Part shown: one piece after another, positions 1-9,106 of the stretch | Position numbering within the stretch: the stretch's first letter is position 1 | Layout of the letters: each line of letters begins with the position of its first letter | Origin: a bacterium | Lineage (GTDB): Bacteria > UBA8248 | DNA: 64,000 nucleotides | NCBI GenBank assembly: GCA_965219955.1 | Contig: OZ244799.1 | Coordinates: forward strand, 3,904,001 to 3,968,000 | Direction of reading: 5' to 3' | The notes under the pieces: generated by a model | The model's database searches: none | What the model was told of the DNA's origin: nothing | What the model saw: the letters and a program-made list of their open reading frames with translations, nothing else | Program-made: the position numbers and the translations under genes

Positions 1-2
1 AT

Positions 3-86
3 TTCGTCAAATTGGGCGTCAGGTGCGAGAAGGCGAAAGAGCCATTCACGCATGATTTCGGCGCGTTTCACTCACACCACCACTAG
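3..86 (+). CDS. ureE: 3' end of urease accessory protein UreE (partial)
   Basis: Frame 3 reads FVKLGVRCEKAKEPFTHDFGAFHSHHH* with a His-rich tail, ending 3 nt before ureF. Confidence 0.7.
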   Translation, partial: FVKLGVRCEKAKEPFTHDFGAFHSHHH

Positions 87-89
87 AAG

Positions 90-770
90 ATGAGCGCCTA
101 CCGGCTCCTGCAGATTTCCGATTCCGCCTTTCCGCGCGGCGCCTTCGCCCATTCCTACGGGCTTGAAACCTACGTGGCGGAAGGGGCCATCGCCTCTGCC
201 GGGGAACTCGAAGAATTCATCGCGTCCGTTTTGCGTCACGGCGTGGCGACGCTCGACGGCGTCTATCTGCGCGAGGCGTTTCTGGCGAAAGGGGAGGGCG
301 ACCTGCCGAAAGTCCTTGCGCTCGACGCCGCCTACGACGCCGCACGGCCCGTCAAATCGCTGCGCGACGCGAGCCGGAGCGTGGGCCGCCAGTTCCTGCG
401 CACGGCGCGGGGTTTCATAAGGGATACTTTGCTGGACGAGTTGGAAGAGGAGGCGAGGGTGGAACGGACTTCCGGCCACTACCCGGTTGCTCTTGGCTGC
501 GTCGCCGAATCCTTGAGTCTCGGTTGCGCTGAGGCCCTCGAATCGCTTTGCTACGGCGCGGTGTCCGGCCTGGTCTCCGCCGCCGTGCGGCTTGTTCCGC
601 TCGGCCAGACGGAAGGCCAGCGCGTCATCTCCAATCTCGAAGGCGCGGTTAAAGAGGCGGTCGGGACGGCTACCGCGCTTTCGCTCGATGACGCGCACTC
701 CTGGGGGCCGGGGCATGAGATAAGGGCCATGACGCACCGGAGGCTTCACACGCGCTTGTTCGTTTCTTGA
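90..770 (+). CDS. ureF: Urease accessory protein UreF
   Basis: [22 protein letters not shown]-terminus, [11 protein letters not shown]-terminal RLFVS. Confidence 0.95.
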   Translation: MSAYRLLQISDSAFPRGAFAHSYGLETYVAEGAIASAGELEEFIASVLRHGVATLDGVYLREAFLAKGEGDLPKVLALDAAYDAARPVKSLRDASRSVGRQFLRTARGFIRDTLLDELEEEARVERTSGHYPVALGCVAESLSLGCAEALESLCYGAVSGLVSAAVRLVPLGQTEGQRVISNLEGAVKEAVGTATALSLDDAHSWGPGHEIRAMTHRRLHTRLFVS

Positions 771-781
771 CGAGGAGGACG

Positions 782-1399
782 ATGATGGATAAGGCGCCCG
801 TAAAGATAGGCGTGGGCGGGCCGGTCGGCTCCGGCAAGACCGCTCTTGTGGACAGGCTGTGCAAGCGGATGCGCGATAGGTACGCCATCGCCGTGGTGAC
901 GAACGACATCTACACGAAAGAGGACGCGGAGTTCCTGACGCGGAGCGGCGCGCTCGCGCCCGAGCGGATATCGGGCGTGGAGACGGGCGGGTGTCCGCAT
1001 ACGGCGATCCGCGAGGATATCTCCCTGAACCGCGAAGCCATGGAGATACTCGCGCGCGATTTCCATCCGCTGGACATCATTTTCGTGGAAAGCGGGGGCG
1101 ACAACCTCGCCGCCACCTTCAGCCCCGAGCTCGTGGACGCGTCGATCTACGTCATCGACGTGTCGGCGGGGGACAAGATTCCCCGCAAGGGCGGCCCCGG
1201 CATCACGCGCTCCGAACTCCTGCTGATCAACAAGATAGACCTTGCCCCCCTCGTGGGCGCGAGCCTCGAGGTCATGGACCGAGACGCGCGCAAGATGCGG
1301 GGCGAGCGCCCGTTCCTGTTCACGAACCTCAAAGCCGAACAGGGCCTGGATGAGGTGATCGGCTGGATCGAGCGCGAACTCCTCTTCGTGGGGGCCTGA
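782..1399 (+). CDS. ureG: Urease accessory GTPase UreG
   Basis: [10 protein letters not shown]-loop, TGGCPH, ESGGDNL, NKID; GAGGAGG RBS before ATG 782. Confidence 0.97.
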   Translation: MMDKAPVKIGVGGPVGSGKTALVDRLCKRMRDRYAIAVVTNDIYTKEDAEFLTRSGALAPERISGVETGGCPHTAIREDISLNREAMEILARDFHPLDIIFVESGGDNLAATFSPELVDASIYVIDVSAGDKIPRKGGPGITRSELLLINKIDLAPLVGASLEVMDRDARKMRGERPFLFTNLKAEQGLDEVIGWIERELLFVGA

Positions 1400-2256
1400 T
1401 GCCGCTCGCGAGCGCGCCTGCGCCCTCACGCATCGGACGCCACGGCGTCGCGCTCGCGCGCTTCGCGTGCGCGGGTGGGCGGACGTATCTTGCCGATTCG
1501 TTCTTCAGAGTGCCGCTTCAAGTGATGCGCCCCCTCTACCCCGAGGGGGAGGCTCCCGCCCACATGACGCTCATCAACCCGACGGGCGGGCACGTGGGCG
1601 GCGACACGCTCGAACTCGAAATCGCGCTCGATGAGGGGGCACGCGTCCTGTGGACGACGCAGGGAGCCAGCAAGGTCTACAAGAGCCTGGGCGAACCTGT
1701 GGTATCGACGACCAGGATCGAGATGGGCCCGGCGAGCGGACTCGAACTCCTGCCCGACCCCATCATCCCCTATGGAAGCTCCATCTACGCGCAGGAGACG
1801 AGTATCTCCATGGCCAAGGGCGCGAAACTCCTCTACGGGGAATCGCTCTATCATGGCCGGGTCGCCTCGGGCGAGCATTTTGATTATTCGTCCTTGAAGC
1901 TGAAGCTCCATATCGACTACGGCGGCGCGCCCCTCCTGCGCGACGTGATGGAGGTAAAGCCTGAAGAATCGGGCCCCGAGCACCTGGGCCTGTTCGAGCC
2001 TTATCCTTATCTCGGCTCTTTCTACGTCGCGGGCGGCTCGGATGAAGAACTGAAGCGCATCGCCGAGCAGGTCGATTCGCTTCTTGCGCAGGCAACGGGC
2101 CTTGCGGGCGGCTGTACGCGGCTCACCGGCCCCGGCGCGCTCGTCCGCTGGCTGGCGGATTCGCCCGAAGTTTCAAGAAAAACCCACTTCGAAATCTGGA
2201 ACGTCGCCAGAAAAACGCTTTTCGGCCAGGAGGCGACGCCGCTCAGGAAGTTTTAG
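1399..2256 (+). CDS. ureD: Urease accessory protein UreD/UreH
   Basis: NPTGGHVGGD, TTQGASKVY, GRVASGEHF, C-terminal LRKF; TGATG overlap with ureG. Confidence 0.93.
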   Translation: MPLASAPAPSRIGRHGVALARFACAGGRTYLADSFFRVPLQVMRPLYPEGEAPAHMTLINPTGGHVGGDTLELEIALDEGARVLWTTQGASKVYKSLGEPVVSTTRIEMGPASGLELLPDPIIPYGSSIYAQETSISMAKGAKLLYGESLYHGRVASGEHFDYSSLKLKLHIDYGGAPLLRDVMEVKPEESGPEHLGLFEPYPYLGSFYVAGGSDEELKRIAEQVDSLLAQATGLAGGCTRLTGPGALVRWLADSPEVSRKTHFEIWNVARKTLFGQEATPLRKF

Positions 2257-2386
2257 TGGCGCGCGGATGCGCGGTCCCGCCGAAAGCGGATTCGTGAAAC
2301 CTCCTGACGGGTCAAAATGCGATGGTTCTGTAGGGTCAGACATTGTGTGTTCTCCCCCTGCACGTCGTTTTGATTGTGAGCCGTAT

Positions 2387-2457
2387 GTAGGGGCCGCATA
2401 CATGCGGCCCATGACAGGACGGCGAAAAATCTTGGGTCGCATATATGCGACCCCTAC
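2387..2457. repeat. GTAG-type REP doublet; similar copies at 41958-42027 and 45849-45918
   Basis: GTAGGGGCCGCATACATGCGGCCC...GGGTCGCATATATGCGACCCCTAC, two hairpins in inverted orientation. Confidence 0.85.
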
Positions 2458-2642
2458 AGACCAAACCTGGCCGAGAAGGGGTTGTTGAAAAAGTCCCCTT
2501 CCCCGAGGAGGGTTATCGAAAACCACCTCGAGGAGGGAGGGATTGCCGGAATCCAGAGCCGATGCGGCGGTGTGAAAAAACGACCTTGCAATGTTATGCT
2601 TCCGGGGATGAGCAACCATGAGCCGCAAAGGAATGGATCGCC

Positions 2643-4007
2643 GTGAACAGCATCACGCTCAAGAATTTCCGCTGCTTCAGAGAGGAACAGACCGCCCGCC
2701 TCGCGCCGCTGACCCTCCTCGTGGGCGAGAACAGTACCGGCAAGACTTCCTTCTTGGCCATGATCCGCGCGCTCTGGGATCAATGCTACCTGGGGCGAAT
2801 CCCCGATTTCAAGGAAGAGCCTTACGATCTGGGGAGTTTTGATGAGATCGCTCACCATCGGGGAAGAAGAGGTAGCCGGGCAGAGAGTTTTGAAGCAGGA
2901 TTCGATGATGTTCTCAAAAATACCCGCGAATTAAGAAAAAAAATAGACGTCAAAGCCCATCCCTACCGGTTCGACGTGGCGTTTGAAAAACATGGAAGCG
3001 CGCCGGTTCAAGGGAAAATGAGGTTTACGTGCGAGAGTTCGTGGCTTGAACTTCGTCGCAAAGAAAAGTCACGAGAAGCCAGTTTTGGGACGTCAAGCGG
3101 AGCATGGGGGGTTTCCGATTATTGGCTAAACCAAATCGAAGACGAACTAAGCTGGGTATATGGTCTTGGTTTCATTGCACCAGGGATTGCACATCGGGAA
3201 GACGAGTCGGAACCAATTCCATTGCAAGGTGACGAACAACCGACGGACGAGGAATTGAACCAGATTCAACAACTAGGGGGTATTCTTACCGCTATATTAT
3301 TGTCGCATGGCAAAAAGCGTTCATACGCCAGTTCGCCCGTTCGCTCCAAGCCGCGCAGAACTTACGATCCCGCGCGCCCGACGCCTGACCCCGAAGGCGA
3401 CTACATTCCCATGCATCTCGCTCATTTGTCTCACTACGACCCAAACAGGTGGAACAGGCTGAAAGAAAAACTCGAAGACTTCGGAAAAGACGCAGGCCTG
3501 TTTGATGAAATAGACATTCGCCATCTCGGAAAGAGGGACAGCGAACCTTTCCAATTACAGGTGAGAAAGTCCGGCCGCAGGCTGAAAGGCCCCCGGCGCA
3601 ATTTGATCGACGTGGGCTATGGCGTCAGCCAGGTGCTGCCCGTGATAACGGAGTTGCTGGAAAAAGATGCGCCGCCCATGTTCTTGTTGCAGCAGCCAGA
3701 GGTGCATCTCCACCCCAGCGCCCAGGCGGCTCTGGGCAGCTTGTTTTGCCAAGTCGCTAGTTCGGAGCGCCAATTGATCGTCGAAACGCACGGGGATTAC
3801 CTGCTCGACCGGGTGCGGATGGACGTGCGCGACGGCGTTTCGGACTTGAAACCCGATGACGTTTCCATTCTGTTCTTCGAGCGCGACGATTTGGACGTCC
3901 GCATTCATTCACTCGGTTTCGATGAAGAGGGGAATGTTCTGAACGCACCCACTACCTACCGGAAATTCTTTATGGAAGAGACGCGACGGTCTCTATGGAA
4001 ACGATAG
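2643..4007 (+). CDS. ABC/AAA_21-type ATPase (DUF3696-like C-terminus)
   Basis: LKNFRCF, Walker A GENSTGKT, VGYGVSQVLP signature, LLQQPEVHLHP, ETHGD. Confidence 0.85.
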   Translation: MNSITLKNFRCFREEQTARLAPLTLLVGENSTGKTSFLAMIRALWDQCYLGRIPDFKEEPYDLGSFDEIAHHRGRRGSRAESFEAGFDDVLKNTRELRKKIDVKAHPYRFDVAFEKHGSAPVQGKMRFTCESSWLELRRKEKSREASFGTSSGAWGVSDYWLNQIEDELSWVYGLGFIAPGIAHREDESEPIPLQGDEQPTDEELNQIQQLGGILTAILLSHGKKRSYASSPVRSKPRRTYDPARPTPDPEGDYIPMHLAHLSHYDPNRWNRLKEKLEDFGKDAGLFDEIDIRHLGKRDSEPFQLQVRKSGRRLKGPRRNLIDVGYGVSQVLPVITELLEKDAPPMFLLQQPEVHLHPSAQAALGSLFCQVASSERQLIVETHGDYLLDRVRMDVRDGVSDLKPDDVSILFFERDDLDVRIHSLGFDEEGNVLNAPTTYRKFFMEETRRSLWKR

Positions 4008-4028
4008 CAAGCGATAGGGACCTGATGG

Positions 4029-4502
4029 ATGTGCGCGATCGTAGACGCAAATGTAGTGCATGAAGTTTTCGGCTCCAATCTGCGACCGGCGGGAGAGAAA
4101 TTTTTCGAATGGATAGAAACAGGCAGTGAACGTCTTGTTGTCGGCGGCAAGCTGCGCGAGGAACTTGAACAGGGTTCGGAAGATTTCAGAATATGGGCGA
4201 GACAGGCCATCATTGCTCGAAAAATGAAAATCATCAGCAAGGAGAAAGTCGACGCCCAGACGAAAGAAATCGAAGATAATGTTGAATACAAGTCGAATGA
4301 CCCCCACGTTATCGCCCTGGCCCAGGTGAGCGGCGCACGCTTGCTTTACTCGAATGATGGAAATTTGCAGGAAGACTTCAAGAACAAGAACTTAATCGAC
4401 GGACCAAGGGGGAAGGTGTATTCAACCCGTGAAAGCAAGAATTTTCAGTCCGCGCACAGGCGGCTTCTCGGCGACAGGAATTTGTGCCGTCCGCCAGGAT
4501 GA
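4029..4502 (+). CDS. PIN-domain-like putative nuclease
   Basis: IVDANV ... NDPHVIALA ... LLYSND acidic pattern typical of the PIN fold; 21 nt after the ATPase. Confidence 0.65.
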   Translation: MCAIVDANVVHEVFGSNLRPAGEKFFEWIETGSERLVVGGKLREELEQGSEDFRIWARQAIIARKMKIISKEKVDAQTKEIEDNVEYKSNDPHVIALAQVSGARLLYSNDGNLQEDFKNKNLIDGPRGKVYSTRESKNFQSAHRRLLGDRNLCRPPG

Positions 4503-4597
4503 CCACAAGTAACGGGCGGACATTTAGGTCCGTCCCTTCGGAACACGGATTTCGCTTGTCATTCCGTTGTCTACCCCAATCAAGGAGAAGGGTTTGA

Positions 4598-4699
4598 CGG
4601 GCGGGACGCTACGCCGTTCGCCTGAGCGCCAATATGCGCGTCACATTCGGGTGGGACGACGACGGCGCAACGGATTTAGGTCTAGAGGACTACCACTGA
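4598..4699 (+). pseudogene. higB: 3' remnant of HigB/RelE-type toxin
   Basis: Frame reads GRYAVRLSANMRVTFGWDDDGATDLGLEDYH*, matching the HigB C-terminus; in-frame TGA at 4595, no N-terminal half; TGATG overlap with higA. Confidence 0.7.
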
Positions 4700-5004
4700 T
4701 GATTGAGAGACACCCTTCCATCGACCCGGCGCATCCGGGAGAAATCCTGCGCGAGGACGTTCTGCCCGCCCTGGGCGTCAGCAAGACGGCGGTGGCCGCG
4801 GCCCTCGGCATATCCCGGCAGACGCTCTACGACATCCTGAACGAGAAGCAGCCGGTCACCGCCGAGATGGCGGTTCGCTTCGGGAAGCTCTTCGGCAACG
4901 GCCCGGGCTTCTGGGTCAACCTGCAGCGAAACTACGATCTGGCGCGCGCGGAACGGGCGGTGGACGTAAGCGGGATACCGACGCTCGAAGCGAGGGGTGT
5001 TTAG
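4699..5004 (+). CDS. higA: HigA family antitoxin (HTH)
   Basis: HPGEILREDVL, LGISRQTL, VTAEMAVR, FWVNLQ. Confidence 0.92.
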   Translation: MIERHPSIDPAHPGEILREDVLPALGVSKTAVAAALGISRQTLYDILNEKQPVTAEMAVRFGKLFGNGPGFWVNLQRNYDLARAERAVDVSGIPTLEARGV

Positions 5005-5059
5005 GAGGTTGCCCGAAGCGGCGAGCGAGAGCAAACGCTCATTCATCAATCGCGTTTGA

Positions 5060-5094
5060 CCTTCGATACGCGGCTCCGCCGCTACTCAGGATGA
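5060..5094. repeat. CTTCGATACG...CTCAGGATGA palindromic repeat family; also 41795-41908 and 48648-48736
   Basis: CCTTCGATACGCGGCTCCGCCGCTACTCAGGATGA recurs near-identically, as inverted pairs at the other two loci. Confidence 0.8.
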
Positions 5095-5205
5095 AGAAGG
5101 TGGGGGGCGGAGCTTGTCCCGAGCGACATCGAGGGGCCACTACTCAGGATGAGGGAAACGGGAAGGCCGGATTGCAGGGAAAACCCCTCAATGCAGAAAA
5201 TCCAC

Positions 5206-5422
5206 CGTCATTCCGGCGAAAGCCGGAATCCATTTTACGATTTTTGCTTTCGTTTTTGCATTTGACTCCGACTCACGGGAGGGAGCGTTGCGCCCGAATC
5301 CGGAACGGATGAGGCGGATATATATGGCGGCGTCCGTATCTTCCCCGGTCGGGAGAGAGTACGGCCGTGCGAAAGGCCAAAGACAAAGGCGAAAATGGAT
5401 TCCGGCTTTCGCCGGAATGACG
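5206..5422. repeat. Inverted pair of CGTC-type REP (CGTCATTCCGGCGAAAGCCGGAATCCA)
   Basis: 5206-5232 and its exact reverse complement 5396-5422; remnant near 52204-52222. Confidence 0.85.
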
Positions 5423-5556
5423 AACAAAGGCGAAGGTCAATCTCAAGCGAAGCGAGGCTTTTTCAACAACTCTCTCAAGGGGGTAATGATTTCTCCCGAA
5501 GGTTTGTAGGGACAGGTCGCGACCTGTCCCTACTGATAAATCTCGAAGGTCGGGAT

Positions 5557-5742
5557 TCACTCCCCCCTTGAGGGGGAGTCGATGAGGTAAGGGCGTAAGC
5601 CCGAAAGCGATTCGGTGGGGGGTATAATTCGGAATGGCGATAAAGCGTATTTTACCCCCCACCGAGTCAGCCTTCGCACAAAACGCTCGGCTTCCTCGTC
5701 GGGCTTTCCCCTCGGGAAGCCCGACCCTCAAGGGGGGAGTGA
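5557..5742 (+). mobile_element. ~185-bp MITE-like element A, copy 1
   Basis: 18-bp terminal inverted repeats TCACTCCCCCCTTGAGGG/CCCTCAAGGGGGGAGTGA; five near-identical copies in window; non-coding. Confidence 0.8.
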
Positions 5743-5816
5743 AATTCAAAAACTTGCGCTCAACTAAAATCACTCCACGGGACTTTTTTTACCCCTCTAT
5801 CAAGGGGGGTGGTTTT

Positions 5817-5875
5817 GTAGGGACAGGCCTCCGTGCCTGTCCTGATGAGGGACAACCACGGAGGGTTGTCCCTAC
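5817..5875. repeat. GTAG-type REP cluster (GGACAGGC/GGACAACC subfamily); also 5506-5533, 34389-34474, 45963-46046, 52329-52421
   Basis: Short hairpins bounded by GTAG...CTAC. Confidence 0.8.
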
Positions 5876-5916
5876 AACCGAGTCGCGCCCCCCAACACCA
5901 TAGCCTCCGCCTGCCC

Positions 5917-8229
5917 CTACAGCGGCCCGAAATCGGGCGGGGGGATTCGGCGCTTCGAGGCCGCCTCATATGTCGAGGCGATCCGCAGCAGGGCGTCCTC
6001 CCGGCCGGGTTCGGCGCGGAAGACGAGCGAAAACGGCAGGCCGGGCTCGGGGATGGTGGTGGCCTGATCGTTATGCGCGGAGACGAACCGCGTCCCGTCC
6101 TCGCTGAGCTCGAATACCGGGTCGTAGGTCGTCCGCACGTAGCCCGCCGGCACGAGCATCTCCGTCAGCCCCGCGTTCGGGCCGCTTTGGGATTCGGGCC
6201 GTGAGTTCAGCAGGAGGCCGGGCTGGACCGCCCCGCCGATGATGGCCGGCGGGAACGGCGTGTGCAGCCTGACCAGGGCGTCGAGGTCGTTCTCGAGGAT
6301 CACCATCATGTCCACGCGGCGCAGGAGCTCGCGCAGCATGATGCGCTCGTTCACCCCCTGCCGATGGCCGTGGGGGTTGCGCGGGTCCGCGACTTCCTCC
6401 CAGTTCCTGAAGGCGGCGCGGTGGTCGTCGCCCCAGAACTTCGAGCGCGCGTTCAGCTCGGGAAAGCCGGTGATGGTCTCTGTGAAGCCGCGCGCCTCCC
6501 AGTCCTCCGCCCGGCGCGAGAGGTACTGGTGGATGTGGTAGCGGAACGTCATGGCGAGTTCCTGCTGCTGCACGGTGGCGAGGTCGAGGTTCACGGGCTG
6601 CTCGATTCGGCCCTCGCCCATGGCGAGCATGTAGTCGATGGGCTGCATGTCGCCCGAACCGAAGACGACGCCCGGCGCGAACTCGGTGGGCACGATGGCT
6701 TCTGCGAACTCGGTGAAGAGCGGCTCGCCCTCGGGCGTGAGCCTGAACATGATGTCCGGCATGAAGACGGGGATGAGCCTGGCGAGCGCGCGGCGGAAAT
6801 CCGTCTTCATGGTCTCGACTTCGGGGTCGCCCGCCCAGAGCGGGTCGGTGGATTCGAGGAGCTTGGCACCCAGCTTCCGGCCCAGGACTTCCTTTATCTC
6901 CCGGCCTGCCGCGTTGACGATAGGCTCTTCCGACTTGGAACCCCTCGGGTACACCATCGACTCGCGGATGACGCCGATTCGCACGCCCTCCAGCGCGCCC
7001 GCCTCCCCGCTCGTTCTCACGTGCGAAGCGTAGGGCGTATCCAGGACGGAGGAGCGCGGCACCGTCGTGAACGGGTCGCGCGGGTCGTAGTAGCCGTTCA
7101 CCGGGTCTTTCAAGGCGTCGAGCACCCTGGCGCAATCGGCGAGTGATTTCGTGATGACGCCGCTCCTGTCGCAGTAGATGTCCGCCCCGATGGCCCCGCC
7201 GTCGAAGCCGAGCATCGCCTTGTGCGGCAGGATGAGCGCGACGGCGTTGTGGTTCGACGGCCCCCGGCAGGAGGCCCGCGTCTCCTCGCCCAGGCTCGCC
7301 ATCACCATGTTCGTGCTCACCGAGAGGGCGGAGCCCGAACTCGAACCCAGAGAGGCCGCCCGCGTGGTGTCGTAGGGGTTCGAGGGGTTCCCGCCCCAGG
7401 TGCTGCGCTGGTAGCCCAGGACGGAGGGCAACACCTTCTCGGGCGCGTGCCGCCCGCCCGGGTCCCCTGCGCGTCCGTTGTATTCGGTGCTCACGGCCTT
7501 GGCGAAGATGACGGCGCCCTTGTTCCTGAGCTGCTCGACGAGGATGTGGTCGCGCGCGGGGAAGTCGATGTCATAGGCCGCGTCGCCCCCGCCGGTGGAG
7601 CGCATGTCCTTCGTGTCGAAGGGGTCCTTGAAGGAGAAGGTGACGCCGTACATCGGCATTTTCTCGAGGTCGGGGTCGGCGCCGTATTCGGCGTCCAGTT
7701 CCGCCGCGCGCTCGAGCGCGTCGGGGTAGTGGCGGAAGACCTCGCACATGGGCGGCGCGCCCGGGGGCAGGGGGCCTTCCGAGGGATGCCGGTCGTAATC
7801 GCCCTTGCACGTCACGGAGCGCTCGCCGCGGATGTTCAGGGTGGCGAGGGCGTTCACCTGGCCCGCGTTCGGGACCCCGACGATCATGCCGTATTGCTGC
7901 TCGACGTCCGGGTCGGAGGCCGTATCCTCCATGCGGCCGAACTCGAGCGGCGGGCCTGCGTATTTGTCCAGATCGGGCAGGTAGTCGGCCGCCTTCACGG
8001 TTTCGGTCGGGAACTCGATCGGTGAGCCGCCGCGCACCACGCCCCTGGCTTCGGGAACGGGCGCGCCGTCTTCGGTGACGAGCATGCTGGCGACGCCGTT
8101 GTACGCGCGGATGCGCGCGAGGTAGCGCTCGACGACTTCTACGCACGTCGTGCGGCCGGCGCGAATCGCCGCGTGCATATCCCCGATGGACGCTTCTTCG
8201 AGGTGAAACGCCCCGCTCTTATCCTCCAT
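5917..8229 (-). CDS. Amidase signature family protein, 770 aa
   Basis: FKDPFDT (Lys), GSSSGSA, EETRASCRGP (nucleophilic Ser), NPYDTTR. Confidence 0.88.
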   Translation of the reverse strand: MEDKSGAFHLEEASIGDMHAAIRAGRTTCVEVVERYLARIRAYNGVASMLVTEDGAPVPEARGVVRGGSPIEFPTETVKAADYLPDLDKYAGPPLEFGRMEDTASDPDVEQQYGMIVGVPNAGQVNALATLNIRGERSVTCKGDYDRHPSEGPLPPGAPPMCEVFRHYPDALERAAELDAEYGADPDLEKMPMYGVTFSFKDPFDTKDMRSTGGGDAAYDIDFPARDHILVEQLRNKGAVIFAKAVSTEYNGRAGDPGGRHAPEKVLPSVLGYQRSTWGGNPSNPYDTTRAASLGSSSGSALSVSTNMVMASLGEETRASCRGPSNHNAVALILPHKAMLGFDGGAIGADIYCDRSGVITKSLADCARVLDALKDPVNGYYDPRDPFTTVPRSSVLDTPYASHVRTSGEAGALEGVRIGVIRESMVYPRGSKSEEPIVNAAGREIKEVLGRKLGAKLLESTDPLWAGDPEVETMKTDFRRALARLIPVFMPDIMFRLTPEGEPLFTEFAEAIVPTEFAPGVVFGSGDMQPIDYMLAMGEGRIEQPVNLDLATVQQQELAMTFRYHIHQYLSRRAEDWEARGFTETITGFPELNARSKFWGDDHRAAFRNWEEVADPRNPHGHRQGVNERIMLRELLRRVDMMVILENDLDALVRLHTPFPPAIIGGAVQPGLLLNSRPESQSGPNAGLTEMLVPAGYVRTTYDPVFELSEDGTRFVSAHNDQATTIPEPGLPFSLVFRAEPGREDALLRIASTYEAASKRRIPPPDFGPL

Positions 8230-8364
8230 GACGCATCCTTTCGTGTTGTGCCGCGTTCCCGCCCCCTGCCGGGGCCGTTAAAAAAATCCCGAGGAGAGGG
8301 TTCGCGGTTATTGTAGTGGACAATCCCTCCTCGGGATTATCCACGCATATATGCGGGCCCTTTC

Positions 8365-8412
8365 GGCCCTTTTCGCGGCCCTTTTCGCGGCCCTTTTCGC
8401 GGCCCTTTTCGC
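8365..8412. repeat. Tandem repeat (GGCCCTTTTCGC)x4
   Basis: Four exact 12-bp units plus a partial unit at 8356-8364. Confidence 0.95.
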
Positions 8413-9106
8413 GGGATATCGGTGCGGGTCGCATATATTTCGGACATCCATGTCCGACCTGCATACCTTCACATCCGTCGAACCGAACCGCAACGCCGGG
8501 CGTTTTTCAACAACCCCCCGTCGGCGGAGGGAGCGGTTTCCGGTGTCAGGCGATGCGGGAATACTATGGGCGAGGCGCGGTTTTGGCAACGGCGGGAGGG
8601 GACGAAGCACAGGAACGGGAGCTTTCCGCGCCCCGCCGTTTCGCCCGGGCGGGATCGTCCGCTTGCGTCGTCCGGGCCGGGGAGCCGGCGGCGCGATTCC
8701 CCCGGTGCCATGAGCGAAGTGGATTCCATTCAGCGGCCGGGAGCCATGAGGCAACGGCCCGGTTCACGCGCGCGCATTTGCCCGCAATTGCCGCTCGAAA
8801 ACTTATGCGTGTTCTCCTATTGTCCCCGGGCGGATTCCGGCGCGAATCCGTCTCCCCCGGTTCCGCTTCGCCGACCGGGCCGGAAGTCGACGGAGCGATT
8901 CGGAGGGCGCATTCGCCGCTCCAAAACCTGCGCGCGCTCCCTCATCTTCACGGAGCGGATTCCGGCGCGAATCCAGCTCACCCCCCCGGTTCCGAATTCC
9001 CGAAAAATTCGATAAAATCAGATAAATTCACGATGTTTTTCGATAAATACGTGAAAATTCATGAATGTATAAATGACTGAATTATAAACGGATAAGGGGT
9101 TTCGGG

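Noticed and set aside
5273-5903. Recurrent small ORFs such as MAIKRILPPTESAFAQNARL (also near 28747, 34618, 54598)
   Set aside because: Translations of the palindromic element A with inconsistent starts and ends between copies
8356-8994. Possible CRISPR array
   Set aside because: The 12-mers have no spacers, the 20-mer occurs only twice, and no cas genes are present
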